DNA of 50,294 bases from a virus (lineage: Duplodnaviria; Caudoviricetes): IMG/VR virus record IMGVR_UViG_3300022927_002093, positions 1 to 50,294 of that record; one strand, 5' to 3'. The translations under genes were made by a program, and so were the position numbers. Shown here piece after piece: positions 1 to 8,386 of this stretch (position 1 is the stretch's first letter; the number at the start of each line of letters is the position of its first letter). The notes below the pieces were generated by a model, which saw only the letters and a list, made by a program, of their open reading frames with translations, did no database searches and was not told the origin of the DNA.

Positions 1-100
1 AACCTTCACTCATTTCATACTCGTCACTCTCGGGCGAAGCATTAGTAACATGCGAATACTCTAGGTCTTCCCTCAATATTTTACGGATAAGTTCCCTCAT
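1..100 (-). CDS. N-terminal part of a hypothetical protein (runs off window), MRELIRKILREDLEYSHV...
   Basis: Manually translated from ATG at 100; TATTTAT motifs upstream at 110-116 and 121-127. Confidence 0.7.
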   Translation of the reverse strand, partial: MRELIRKILREDLEYSHVTNASPESDEYEMSEG

Positions 101-126
101 AATATATCAATAAATACCTTATAAAT

Positions 127-156
127 AAAAAAACCTCAGTCGATTAAGACTGAGGT
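127..156 (-). terminator. Intrinsic terminator downstream of the large ncRNA
   Basis: Perfect 9-bp stem ACCTCAGTC/GACTGAGGT (133-156) with 6-nt loop, followed by a U-tract on the minus strand. Confidence 0.85.
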
Positions 157-187
157 ATAAATGTTTTATATATAGGGTAGGGAATTA

Positions 188-945
188 AAGGACGCTGAGA
201 CTACACGTTTGAATAACCTGTCTTTTGTGGGATTATAATTAGTTTGTTCCCCACTTGTCCACCTCATTGACAGAGGTATCAGGTCAGTGTCGGTTGGTAT
301 CGCCCAACCACTCGTTTCGTTGATAACTACTCAACCACTACTCCAATCTCTTAAGACTTGCGGTCTCACAAAGGGTCGGCCAACCCACGAGTTGTTTCAC
401 AATCGACATCCTTAGACTTGCGGTCTGAAGGAAAACTTCGTTGACAAAAGTCCGAAGTATTAGACACCTTTCGTCATCAACGCCCGAAGACTCTTGCTTT
501 TTTAATCATTGAATTAAAAGTTAGCAAATGTGGATTTATGAAAGATGTGCTTCGGGAGAAGGTCCGTACCTTTTGAGTACAGAATGCTTCACACCTCTCT
601 GTTAGCCTGCAAGCTAACGGTCAGTCAGGACTACGGTAGGTTCCAAGCTTTCACTTGTCCCTGAGGAAACCCTTTAGACTGGTACCCAGCTCTACAACTC
701 ATAGCAGTGAGTGTCGAACCGTCACCTGTATCTTCTCCTGTTGATGTCTCCATCTCACACCCGAATTTCCACATATTCAAGTGAACCCTAACCCCTCAGC
801 AGTTGCCCTTGAGGTACGGGTCGTAGATACTTTGTTTAGTTGTCAGTCATACGACTGCGAACTTCCAAGGATTGCTAAATCCAATTCTGTCCCTTTAGTC
901 CTGTTGCCAGGGTTATCTAACGACGCTAAACCGCCGATGACTAAT
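188..945 (-). ncRNA. Large structured ncRNA, GOLLD-like (boundaries approximate)
   Basis: GC-richer island with no credible ORF. Many hairpins with GNRA/UUCG-type loops on the minus strand (CUG-GCAA-CAG, AGAC-CGCAAG-UCU twice, CUUCGG, CGAAAG). Segments GAGGUGUGAAGCAUUCUGUACUCAAAAGGUAC and 3' GUAGUCUCAG resemble GOLLD as I recall it. Has its own promoters and terminator. Confidence 0.75.
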
Positions 946-1020
946 AAATCTTTGTGTAATTTAAAAAAGGGGGTTAGTCTTTTAACTAAAACTCGAACCA
1001 AAGATTGTTCGTCATTACTA

Positions 1021-1031
1021 TTTCAAAGAAC
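1021..1031 (-). promoter_or_regulatory. boxA-like antitermination element GTTCTTTGAAA
   Basis: Resembles rrn boxA; lies immediately after the predicted transcription start of the ncRNA. Confidence 0.55.
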
Positions 1032-1037
1032 TTTTGA

Positions 1038-1070
1038 CAAAGATAAGAAACTTTTTTCTTATTCTCCAAA
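1038..1070 (-). promoter_or_regulatory. Bacteroidota sigmaA-type promoter (proximal) for the ncRNA
   Basis: TTTG-N21-TATCTTTG. Confidence 0.8.
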
Positions 1071-1131
1071 TATTTTTCCTTTTTTTTTAGGAGGTAATAT
1101 ATAAATACTACTATTTCCTACAAAAGTCTTA

Positions 1132-1162
1132 CAAAGATATAAAAAATATTCTTTGTGTCAAG
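1132..1162 (-). promoter_or_regulatory. Bacteroidota sigmaA-type promoter (distal) for the ncRNA
   Basis: CTTG-N19-TATCTTTG; TATTTAT motif at 1101-1107 lies between the two promoters. Confidence 0.65.
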
Positions 1163-1174
1163 CAAAAACTAAAT

Positions 1175-1393
1175 TTAATTTTTGATTCGGTAATCGTCGA
1201 AGTTATTCATCAACGTTTCCAAACGACCTTTAGCTGATTCCATTTGTTCGATTAGTTTATCCATCTCTTCAATAATATTAGGGTGTTCTCCGATACCTGC
1301 AGGATTATTAAAGTATATCTCAAGTGTTGCTCGACTCTCTTCTATAATTGCTTCATATTTTTTGACTAACGCATTAAAAATTATTGACTTCAT
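1175..1393 (-). CDS. Small hypothetical phage protein (GIGEHP motif)
   Basis: 72 aa ORF; motif familiar from large phages. Confidence 0.75.
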   Translation of the reverse strand: MKSIIFNALVKKYEAIIEESRATLEIYFNNPAGIGEHPNIIEEMDKLIEQMESAKGRLETLMNNFDDYRIKN

Positions 1394-1423
1394 ATTATTC
1401 TGTATTTACAAATATTTATTGTT

Positions 1424-1780
1424 ATGAAAGTAATCATAGGAGATAACATTTTTAAAGTCAAACTTTGCACTACACAAAATTCTATCGCAGAGGGTATGAT
1501 GGGTAAAAGATTTAATAAAGAATTTAATGGTATGTTATTTCTTATGCCTGAGACAGGTCAACAAAGTTTTTGGACATACAACTGTGTTATTCCTTTAGAT
1601 ATTATTATGATTAATAATGGTGTTGTCGACACAATTAATTCAAACTGTTTACCCTGTGATAATAAAGAAAAATGTAAATCTTATACAGGTATGGGTAGTG
1701 AAGTGTTAGAACTCTATGGAGGAACCTGTAATGAGTTGGGCATAAAAAAAGGAGACAATGTCTCCTTTTCAATGTATTAA
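1424..1780 (+). CDS. DUF192 family protein
   Basis: GMM..GMLF..SFWTYN..IPLDII..VLEL..G pattern. Confidence 0.85.
   Translation: MKVIIGDNIFKVKLCTTQNSIAEGMMGKRFNKEFNGMLFLMPETGQQSFWTYNCVIPLDIIMINNGVVDTINSNCLPCDNKEKCKSYTGMGSEVLELYGGTCNELGIKKGDNVSFSMY
1745..1770. terminator. Probable bidirectional terminator between convergent genes
   Basis: AAAAGGAGACA-A-TGTCTCCTTTT inverted repeat flanked by A/T tracts, inside the DUF192 3' end. Confidence 0.55.
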
Positions 1781-1785
1781 TTAAC

Positions 1786-3765
1786 TTATCGTATACCAAG
1801 TATTTTTCCTACACCTGCAGCAACGTTATCTAAATTAACTGTACCACTTATTGAGGGTAATGAAGGTAAACCTGAAATCCCAATACCACCTCCCCAATCA
1901 TAATTTAAATCAACATGTGGTGTTGGGTCAATAAAATTACCATTTTTTTTCATACCGAAATGTAAGTGAGGCCCATCCGTATGACCCTTATGTGGGTCAT
2001 TGTCGCCCCCACCACTTAGTCCTATTGGTTGTCCAGCAACAACTGGCATATTTGGTACTACAAAAAATCGTTTTACGTGACAATATATAGTTTTAAGACC
2101 ATTATCATGTTCAATAGTAATTGTACCTCCACAATTATCTCTCTTGTCACTAGCAACTTTTACTTTACCATTAAGTGGACATCTTATAACAGTTCCTGAA
2201 GGTGTAGCGAAGTCTATACCGTTATGTGTTCTACTACCACCACCTCTCGAAGCACCCCATTCTCCTCCTCCAGGTGTTATACGTGTTGGTCCAATAGGTG
2301 ATGGAATTGTAGGTATACTTTGTTCAGTAATAACGTTTTCGTTAGTTAGTGCTTTTTTTTTACTCTGATTGATTTTTTCTTTGAGTAATTCAACAAATCT
2401 TCTTTGTATCATCTTAACAAACTTGACGTATGGCGTATCTCCTTCTTTTTTCCTATAACTTTTCTTACCTGAAGGTGGTCTTTTACTTCTACCGAAGTAA
2501 TTTAATGCTGAAATATTTGTAATACATTTATGTCCACCTGAATTAGCTTGAATCATCTCCCAAGCTGGTACACCTAATTTATCTAATATCGCCCACTCTG
2601 AATCACTTAACTCATTTGATGGTGTATTCATAATATCTTTAAGTCTGTCCATATATTGTTCACCTCCATCTATTGAACGTACTTTATCACCATAGAAAGC
2701 TTCTAAGTCAGCATTTGTAAATCCGACTGATTCTTGGTCAAAACTTTTACCTGATTCTGATATCCATTTAATCGTTGATAAAGGAATGATTTTGTCTTTT
2801 AATTGTGGTTCCCATTTAGCTAATACTTCTTGAGCAATCTCACCTAAGTTGACTCCCTTAAGTTCTCTCTCACCTTTAAATGGATTACAACTAGCTTGTA
2901 CTAAACCCATAGGCCACGCAATAACTAAGAAATCAGCATCAGGATTATTTTTAAATGGTGTGTATCTATCATACGAACCTGGTTTAAACATAGAACCTCC
3001 TCCGTATTGTACAATTATACCATCATCCACATAAACTTTATCACTTTCTTTTTGTTTTTGAACATATCCTTTTTGATTCAAAGCCATTTCTTCAGGACTT
3101 GCATAACCCTCTTGTTGTGCTATCTTATTTATGTTTTGAAATATGTTTAATAGTGATGGTGTGGAATTCATAACCAACTTCTCTAAGAATCCTGGTTTGT
3201 TTTTATAAGCTAACAACAATTTATTTGTCGCTAATCCTAAAGCCATTTTATTTTGCTGTAATCCTTTATCTTTTTGTAATTTAAAAATAAAGTTCATAAT
3301 GTCTTGAGGTTTAAGACCAAATCGAGCGAAATCCGCTGAATCCACTGTTGATATTAATGTAATATCATCTGATGGGAATATGTCTGATGGTGACATAATA
3401 TCAGAAAGGGTGGCTACATTTGAACGAGAGGGTCTAAATGATGTTGATGTGTCTCCCTCAACACCTGTTTGACTATCGTGGTGGTCAGTGTGTACAACAA
3501 ACATGGGTTTACCGTGGGCGAAATCAACCAACACCGGCATTGTGTCACCTTGAGCATCTTGTTTCTTAACCGCGAACTCTTTATCACCGTACTGAATAAT
3601 TTCAGAGTCAACTACCTTGATACCATTATTTTCCAAATAGTTTTTCATAGCTAATGCAGTAGTTACACCATCTAAATCTTGGTGAAAATAAATCTTGGCT
3701 TTCTTATATCTGTCGGCTAAGTCCTTTATATTTCTTAGTCCTGTCTCGTTAAGTACTTTTTTCAT
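1786..3765 (-). CDS. DHH phosphoesterase-like protein fused to a C-terminal M23 peptidase
   Basis: HQDLDG, VDF, TDHH and GGH DHH/DHHA1-type motifs; M23 motifs HNGID and GPHLHF. Confidence 0.8.
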   Translation of the reverse strand: MKKVLNETGLRNIKDLADRYKKAKIYFHQDLDGVTTALAMKNYLENNGIKVVDSEIIQYGDKEFAVKKQDAQGDTMPVLVDFAHGKPMFVVHTDHHDSQTGVEGDTSTSFRPSRSNVATLSDIMSPSDIFPSDDITLISTVDSADFARFGLKPQDIMNFIFKLQKDKGLQQNKMALGLATNKLLLAYKNKPGFLEKLVMNSTPSLLNIFQNINKIAQQEGYASPEEMALNQKGYVQKQKESDKVYVDDGIIVQYGGGSMFKPGSYDRYTPFKNNPDADFLVIAWPMGLVQASCNPFKGERELKGVNLGEIAQEVLAKWEPQLKDKIIPLSTIKWISESGKSFDQESVGFTNADLEAFYGDKVRSIDGGEQYMDRLKDIMNTPSNELSDSEWAILDKLGVPAWEMIQANSGGHKCITNISALNYFGRSKRPPSGKKSYRKKEGDTPYVKFVKMIQRRFVELLKEKINQSKKKALTNENVITEQSIPTIPSPIGPTRITPGGGEWGASRGGGSRTHNGIDFATPSGTVIRCPLNGKVKVASDKRDNCGGTITIEHDNGLKTIYCHVKRFFVVPNMPVVAGQPIGLSGGGDNDPHKGHTDGPHLHFGMKKNGNFIDPTPHVDLNYDWGGGIGISGLPSLPSISGTVNLDNVAAGVGKILGIR

Positions 3766-4076
3766 GCTCCTATGCTTCCAATGTTTAAATCACCATCTAA
3801 TGTGAATGACGCAACTTTTAAATCTGGGTTTTCTTCAAATCTAAATGTATATTTAGTTCCGTATCCACCTCGACATACTTCACTTAATTTTTCACCCCCT
3901 AATTCGATTAACCAATTTAGTTTGTTTTTATCTTTTACAACGTCTTCAATACCTTCTACTTGATTTATTGGTATACAATTACTTTTTTGTTCGTTTAAAT
4001 ATTGTCTTTTTGTTGCGTTCTCGTGAAGATTTAATATTCTATCTTTTTCAGAGTCATCAATTCTAAATTGTCTCAT
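3762..4076 (-). CDS. Hypothetical protein with EKDRILNLH...YLNEQ leader
   Basis: 104 aa ORF, ATGA-coupled to next gene; TATTTAT at 4094-4100. Confidence 0.75.
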   Translation of the reverse strand: MRQFRIDDSEKDRILNLHENATKRQYLNEQKSNCIPINQVEGIEDVVKDKNKLNWLIELGGEKLSEVCRGGYGTKYTFRFEENPDLKVASFTLDGDLNIGSIGA

Positions 4077-4109
4077 GGTAATATACTTTTAATATAAATA
4101 CTTCATAAA

Positions 4110-4140
4110 GAAAAAAACCCCTGTCATAAGGAGTTTTTTA
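4110..4140 (-). terminator. Intrinsic terminator after pckA
   Basis: AACUCCU-UAUGAC-AGGGGUU followed by a U-tract. Confidence 0.6.
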
Positions 4141-5596
4141 TCATGGTAAAAAATTTATCTTGTCTTTCGTCATTAGGTTTTTCGAATACTTCATTCATAT
4201 CATATTCTCCAATACGTTTTGGTATTTTAAGTTCATGGTATTCTATGTACTCTTCTTCATATTTTCTATCTATAACTCCGTTAATAACTCCACGAGTTTG
4301 TGATAATGAAAATCTATTGTAATGTTTATCAAAACCTGTGTTAATTAACCATACTTTTACGTTTGGATTGTTCTCTAACTTATCTTTAAACATATCACTA
4401 TAGTCAGATACCTTTCTTGGTAGGAATGGGTCTCCAAAACATGGTGAAAAGGTCGTTGTTGGTTCATCTACACCAACTTCGGTACCCGCAACCTTAGATG
4501 TATACCCTAATTCGAAATACTTTACAGCCTGTTCTGTACTTAATAAAGAAATAGGTGGTAATACACCAAATGCGTCAAAAGATAAAAAGAATATATTTTC
4601 AACTTCTATACCTCGACCTGTCATAGTAACTTTAACATCTCTTGTAATTTGGTCTAACGGATATGATACTCTAATATTTTCTGTTATCGTACTATCTGTA
4701 AAATCAGGGTTACCTTTTTCATCGACTATTATATTTTCTAATAATGATGTGTTTTGTCTGGTAAATTTACTATGAATAGCGTCCCATATTATCGGTTCTT
4801 TATATTCATCTAAATCAATTAATTTAGCGTAGCATCCACCTTCAAAATTAAATATATAATTATCATACCATCCATGTTCATCATCACCAATAAAGAATTT
4901 CAATGGGTCAGATGATAATGTGGTTTTACCTGTTCCCGAAAGACCGAAAAATAAATTAACTCCTCTACCATCTTTTGTGTTAGCATTTGCCGAACAATGC
5001 ATCGGTAAAACTCCTCTATCTATTAAAAGAGTATTCATAACAGTAAAAACACTTTTCTTTATTTCACCTGTGTAACTCGTTCCTGCTATTAAAATTTTTC
5101 TATCGTCAAAATCTACAATGACAAAGTTTTCATTTTTAACATCCTCAGGTTTATTTTTACTAACAAAATTAGGACAGTGAACTATTTCCCACTCAGTAAA
5201 TGTCCTTGAAAAGGTGGTTACAAAAGACGATGGGTCTATCAACATATTATTGAAGAATATTATTGCCCAGGGCTCTGTAGATGTAATATTAAATGAGGCG
5301 CTATGCTCATAATTGTATCCAACTACTTTTCTACTTCTAAATGTCTTTTCATTCTCAAGATACCCTTTTAACTCATCTTTGAGTAAAGTGTAACTTTCTC
5401 TTTTTACTTTTTTATTTATAACTCTTTCAAAGTCGATTGTTTTATTGGCATATTCCCCTTCAGAAAAATATCTGTCTTTAGGTGACCTACCCGTAAATTT
5501 ACCTGTATTAAAATACAATAAACCTTCTTTGGTGGTTTTCATTCCTCTTTCCTTCGCAAGGGTCATTAATTGCTCAGTAGTTTCGTAATAAACCAT
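4124..5596 (-). CDS. pckA: Phosphoenolpyruvate carboxykinase (ATP)
   Basis: TGRSPKD, MHCSAN, FFGLSGTGKTTLS, IGDDEHGW, NFEGGCYAK motifs. Confidence 0.95.
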   Translation of the reverse strand: MVYYETTEQLMTLAKERGMKTTKEGLLYFNTGKFTGRSPKDRYFSEGEYANKTIDFERVINKKVKRESYTLLKDELKGYLENEKTFRSRKVVGYNYEHSASFNITSTEPWAIIFFNNMLIDPSSFVTTFSRTFTEWEIVHCPNFVSKNKPEDVKNENFVIVDFDDRKILIAGTSYTGEIKKSVFTVMNTLLIDRGVLPMHCSANANTKDGRGVNLFFGLSGTGKTTLSSDPLKFFIGDDEHGWYDNYIFNFEGGCYAKLIDLDEYKEPIIWDAIHSKFTRQNTSLLENIIVDEKGNPDFTDSTITENIRVSYPLDQITRDVKVTMTGRGIEVENIFFLSFDAFGVLPPISLLSTEQAVKYFELGYTSKVAGTEVGVDEPTTTFSPCFGDPFLPRKVSDYSDMFKDKLENNPNVKVWLINTGFDKHYNRFSLSQTRGVINGVIDRKYEEEYIEYHELKIPKRIGEYDMNEVFEKPNDERQDKFFTMIKNSL

Positions 5597-5601
5597 TTTT
5601 T

Positions 5602-6471
5602 TTAATTTGTTAATTCATCAACCTGTATTTTAAGTTGTTGTTGTTCCAACTGATAATCTTTAATTCTTTGTTTAGCAACTTCACAATAGTTTTTTGAGAT
5701 ATCAATTCCTATCCATTTTCTACCTAACATTTCGGCAGCTAAACAAGTTGTACCTGACCCATTGAATGGGTCGAGTATTATGTCTTCTTTATATGAAAGT
5801 ATTTTAATCGCTCTGTACGGTATATCTAAAGAGAATGTCGCCTTTGTTTTTTGTTTGGTATCGGCAAAGTAATTCCACTGTCCAAAAACTAATGACATAA
5901 AATCTTTCTTGTCTTTATCTTCGTAAACAAGTTTCTTTCTCATCCCACCTTTTTTAGTGTCTTCCACCATTTGGTACTCCCCTTTCCATTGTGGTGTTCC
6001 TTTCACTTTCTTTTTATGTAACTTTTTATAGGCTAATATTACACACTCCTTAGGATTATAAATATATGGTGAAGACGGACTCATCCAACTTCCCCAAGCA
6101 GTTGTCTTACTTCTGTGTGGTGAACTCTCTTCAAGGTCTACAATACCAAAGAAACCAAATCCAATTTCTTTCATAATCATCCACATCTCAGCGGAAAAAT
6201 ATATTCTACCACCTTTATCCTGACGATTAATTTCGTATGGAATATTAATAGCAATTCTACCGTCATCTTTCAATACACGATATGCCTGTGACATCCATTC
6301 TTTCGCAAATACCTTATACTCTTCAAAGTATTTATCATCATCCCAACTATCGTATTCGATTCCAACACCATATGGTGGAGATGTAACAATTAAATCAATC
6401 GTCCCTTCCTCCATCTTCTCCATCTTCTCGATAGAGTCTGAGGTATAAATCGTGTTTGTTTTTGTGTTCAT
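5602..6471 (-). CDS. Site-specific DNA methyltransferase (N4-C/N6-A, beta class)
   Basis: TSPPY near the N-terminus and DPFNGSGTT near the C-terminus. Confidence 0.92.
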   Translation of the reverse strand: MNTKTNTIYTSDSIEKMEKMEEGTIDLIVTSPPYGVGIEYDSWDDDKYFEEYKVFAKEWMSQAYRVLKDDGRIAINIPYEINRQDKGGRIYFSAEMWMIMKEIGFGFFGIVDLEESSPHRSKTTAWGSWMSPSSPYIYNPKECVILAYKKLHKKKVKGTPQWKGEYQMVEDTKKGGMRKKLVYEDKDKKDFMSLVFGQWNYFADTKQKTKATFSLDIPYRAIKILSYKEDIILDPFNGSGTTCLAAEMLGRKWIGIDISKNYCEVAKQRIKDYQLEQQQLKIQVDELTN

Positions 6472-6688
6472 GTTTTATATTTTCTATTCTTCTATTTAAG
6501 TACCATAAAGCCTTTTCTAAGTCTTGTAAAGGTGGGTTGTCATCTTTTTTTCCACTACGTCCAATGTATTTTAAAACATTAAATAGGTACGCATCTTTAT
6601 CAATTCCCCATGCTTCAGCGACTTTAACAACCTCATAAGGATTGTCTTCACCTCCGTAGTGAGAAGGATGATTCACATGTTCTTTCAT
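6395..6688 (-). CDS. DUF3310-like phage protein
   Basis: VNHPSHY...NVLKYIGR.GKK...DLEKALWYL. Confidence 0.85.
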   Translation of the reverse strand: MKEHVNHPSHYGGEDNPYEVVKVAEAWGIDKDAYLFNVLKYIGRSGKKDDNPPLQDLEKALWYLNRRIENIKHEHKNKHDLYLRLYREDGEDGGRDD

Positions 6689-6849
6689 TTTTCTAATAAA
6701 TTTTTTATTTCTTCTTCAATTAAAACTGCCTGACTATAATATTCATCAGACTTTTTTCTATCAATACTTCCGTACTTATAAGATAATTCAAATAATTTAT
6801 CCCTTTTTTTATTTAGTCTTTTTAATTTTATATTTTTAAAAATACTCAT
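6685..6849 (-). CDS. Small protein (54 aa), Lacal_2735-like; absent from ORF track
   Basis: Manual translation MSIFKNIKLKRLNKKRDKLFELSYKYGSIDRKKSDEYYSQAVLIEEEIKNLLEK; ATGA overlap with next gene. Confidence 0.6.
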   Translation of the reverse strand: MSIFKNIKLKRLNKKRDKLFELSYKYGSIDRKKSDEYYSQAVLIEEEIKNLLEK

Positions 6850-6850
6850 A

Positions 6851-7072
6851 TTATTTAGTTTCGTATTTTTTTCTTTTATTTTCCTTCCTCAACTTTCTCT
6901 TTTTCTTATCTGACATAGCGTCAGTTTCAGTATTTAAATCATTAACAGGTTTTTTATTTTTACCTTCTTTCCAAAGGTTTTTAGGGCAGTATTCCCATCC
7001 GAACTTAACAAGGTGTATGGCCTCTTTATCTGAGACTCTCTTTATCTCACTATTTCTCTTAATTGTTTTCAT
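6851..7072 (-). CDS. Small basic hypothetical protein
   Basis: 73 aa ORF in a tightly packed run. Confidence 0.7.
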   Translation of the reverse strand: MKTIKRNSEIKRVSDKEAIHLVKFGWEYCPKNLWKEGKNKKPVNDLNTETDAMSDKKKRKLRKENKRKKYETK

Positions 7073-7250
7073 AATGTTTAAGATTTTCTTTTATTTCATT
7101 TATTGGTTTTTTGTCTGTGAACATTTTGTAGAACTCGTGTGACCAGTCATCACCAAAAATTAGTGCGTCTGAGTTGAACAAGTTTTCCATATAATTGTCC
7201 TCAGTAATTTCAATTATTTCTTTCGTTATAAATCGTTTATTGAAACCCAT
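7059..7250 (-). CDS. Hypothetical protein
   Basis: 63 aa ORF overlapping its neighbours. Confidence 0.65.
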   Translation of the reverse strand: MGFNKRFITKEIIEITEDNYMENLFNSDALIFGDDWSHEFYKMFTDKKPINEIKENLKHYENN

Positions 7251-7639
7251 TTTAAATCTGAATTAAGTTTTACTGATACTATGTGTTCTTTATCCCATTC
7301 GTTTGGTGAAATTAAAGATAAGAACTTTTCTTTGTTATTTCCATAGTATAAATGATATATGTTACCAACAACAGGTTCAAAGGAATATGTTGAGTTGTAT
7401 ATCACATCGTTTAGGTTTACTTCATCAACTAATTTATTGTACTTTTCTACGATTTGTTCAAATTCTGATTTGAATATTTTCTGTAGTTTGTTTGCACCTT
7501 GTTGCTTAAACAAGTCAATATCGTCAATCTCAATCTTTGGTCCTGATATACTTGAAGCGTAAGGTAAGATGTTTGCGTGAAACTTCTCGTTCTCCTCATC
7601 CCACACAATGTGGTCGGGATATCTACTTTTCTTTGACAT
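7226..7639 (-). CDS. DUF2452-like protein
   Basis: LPY...FEPVVGNIYHLY...FLSLISPNEW. Confidence 0.8.
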   Translation of the reverse strand: MSKKSRYPDHIVWDEENEKFHANILPYASSISGPKIEIDDIDLFKQQGANKLQKIFKSEFEQIVEKYNKLVDEVNLNDVIYNSTYSFEPVVGNIYHLYYGNNKEKFLSLISPNEWDKEHIVSVKLNSDLKWVSINDL

Positions 7640-8339
7640 TTATTTCTTTCAAATTATCTAACTTGATAGTCTGTGTAATGTAATTAATTACTTTTCTCTT
7701 TATAATTGAGAGTAAGCAACCCTCTAATGGAAATTCACTGTCAAACTTCGCCTCAAAAACTAATGAACGTTTAGTAAGTTTCTTTTTTATTTCTTCACCT
7801 CTTTCAATTAAAGTGAATACACATTTTCTTTCATCATACTTGGGATGTATCTTTCTTATGTTGAATTTATATAAAAACTTTTCACCTTTATAATCAAACC
7901 TTAGATAACCCTTTGTTGAATTTTTTTTCGTGAATTTGAAATCTTTATTCGTGTTTTGTATTAAAACTGATTCAAATACAATAGACCATATAGATTTGGC
8001 GATTAAAAAGTAGTCTTTCAGTCTGTCGTTAGCGTCTTTAGATATTTTAATTATCTCTTTTAATTCTTTAGACTCAAATCCTGAAAGTTCTTTATAAACA
8101 ATATTAGCTAATAGTATTTCATCATCAACATCTTCAGGTTCATTTTTTAAGTGAATTCTTTTTAATTTACCTGAAATAGAGTTCAAGTTAGCTAAATGTA
8201 ATGTTAATTCTTGGAATGTCGGGTATAAATGAAAGGTGTCTAACTCCTTATTTATTTTAGAAATATAGTCTAATAAAACATATTCTTTATGTTCCATATC
8301 TATAGGTTCTTGTAAAATCCAATCTAAAGGTAATTTCAT
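7623..8339 (-). CDS. Hypothetical protein
   Basis: 238 aa ORF; N-terminus LDW..PIDMEHKEYVLLDY. Confidence 0.75.
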   Translation of the reverse strand: MKLPLDWILQEPIDMEHKEYVLLDYISKINKELDTFHLYPTFQELTLHLANLNSISGKLKRIHLKNEPEDVDDEILLANIVYKELSGFESKELKEIIKISKDANDRLKDYFLIAKSIWSIVFESVLIQNTNKDFKFTKKNSTKGYLRFDYKGEKFLYKFNIRKIHPKYDERKCVFTLIERGEEIKKKLTKRSLVFEAKFDSEFPLEGCLLSIIKRKVINYITQTIKLDNLKEINVKEK

Positions 8340-8386
8340 AATTAAATATTATACCTTAAGAATAAAAAAAACTTTTAGATAATCAA

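Noticed and set aside
354-426. Direct repeat AGACTTGCGGTCT 60 nt apart as a possible CRISPR array
   Set aside because: Only two 13-nt copies, each a GNRA hairpin; no array and no cas genes
690-760. GGTTCGAC T-loop-like sequence on the minus strand suggesting a tRNA
   Set aside because: Could not build a cloverleaf with acceptor and anticodon stems; more likely a loop of the large RNA
188-945. Group I/II intron or rRNA fragment
   Set aside because: Does not interrupt a gene, has its own promoters and terminator, and I saw no intron core/domain V or rRNA signature
781-1104. 107 aa plus-strand ORF in the track
   Set aside because: GTG start, no recognisable protein features; antisense to the structured RNA and its promoters
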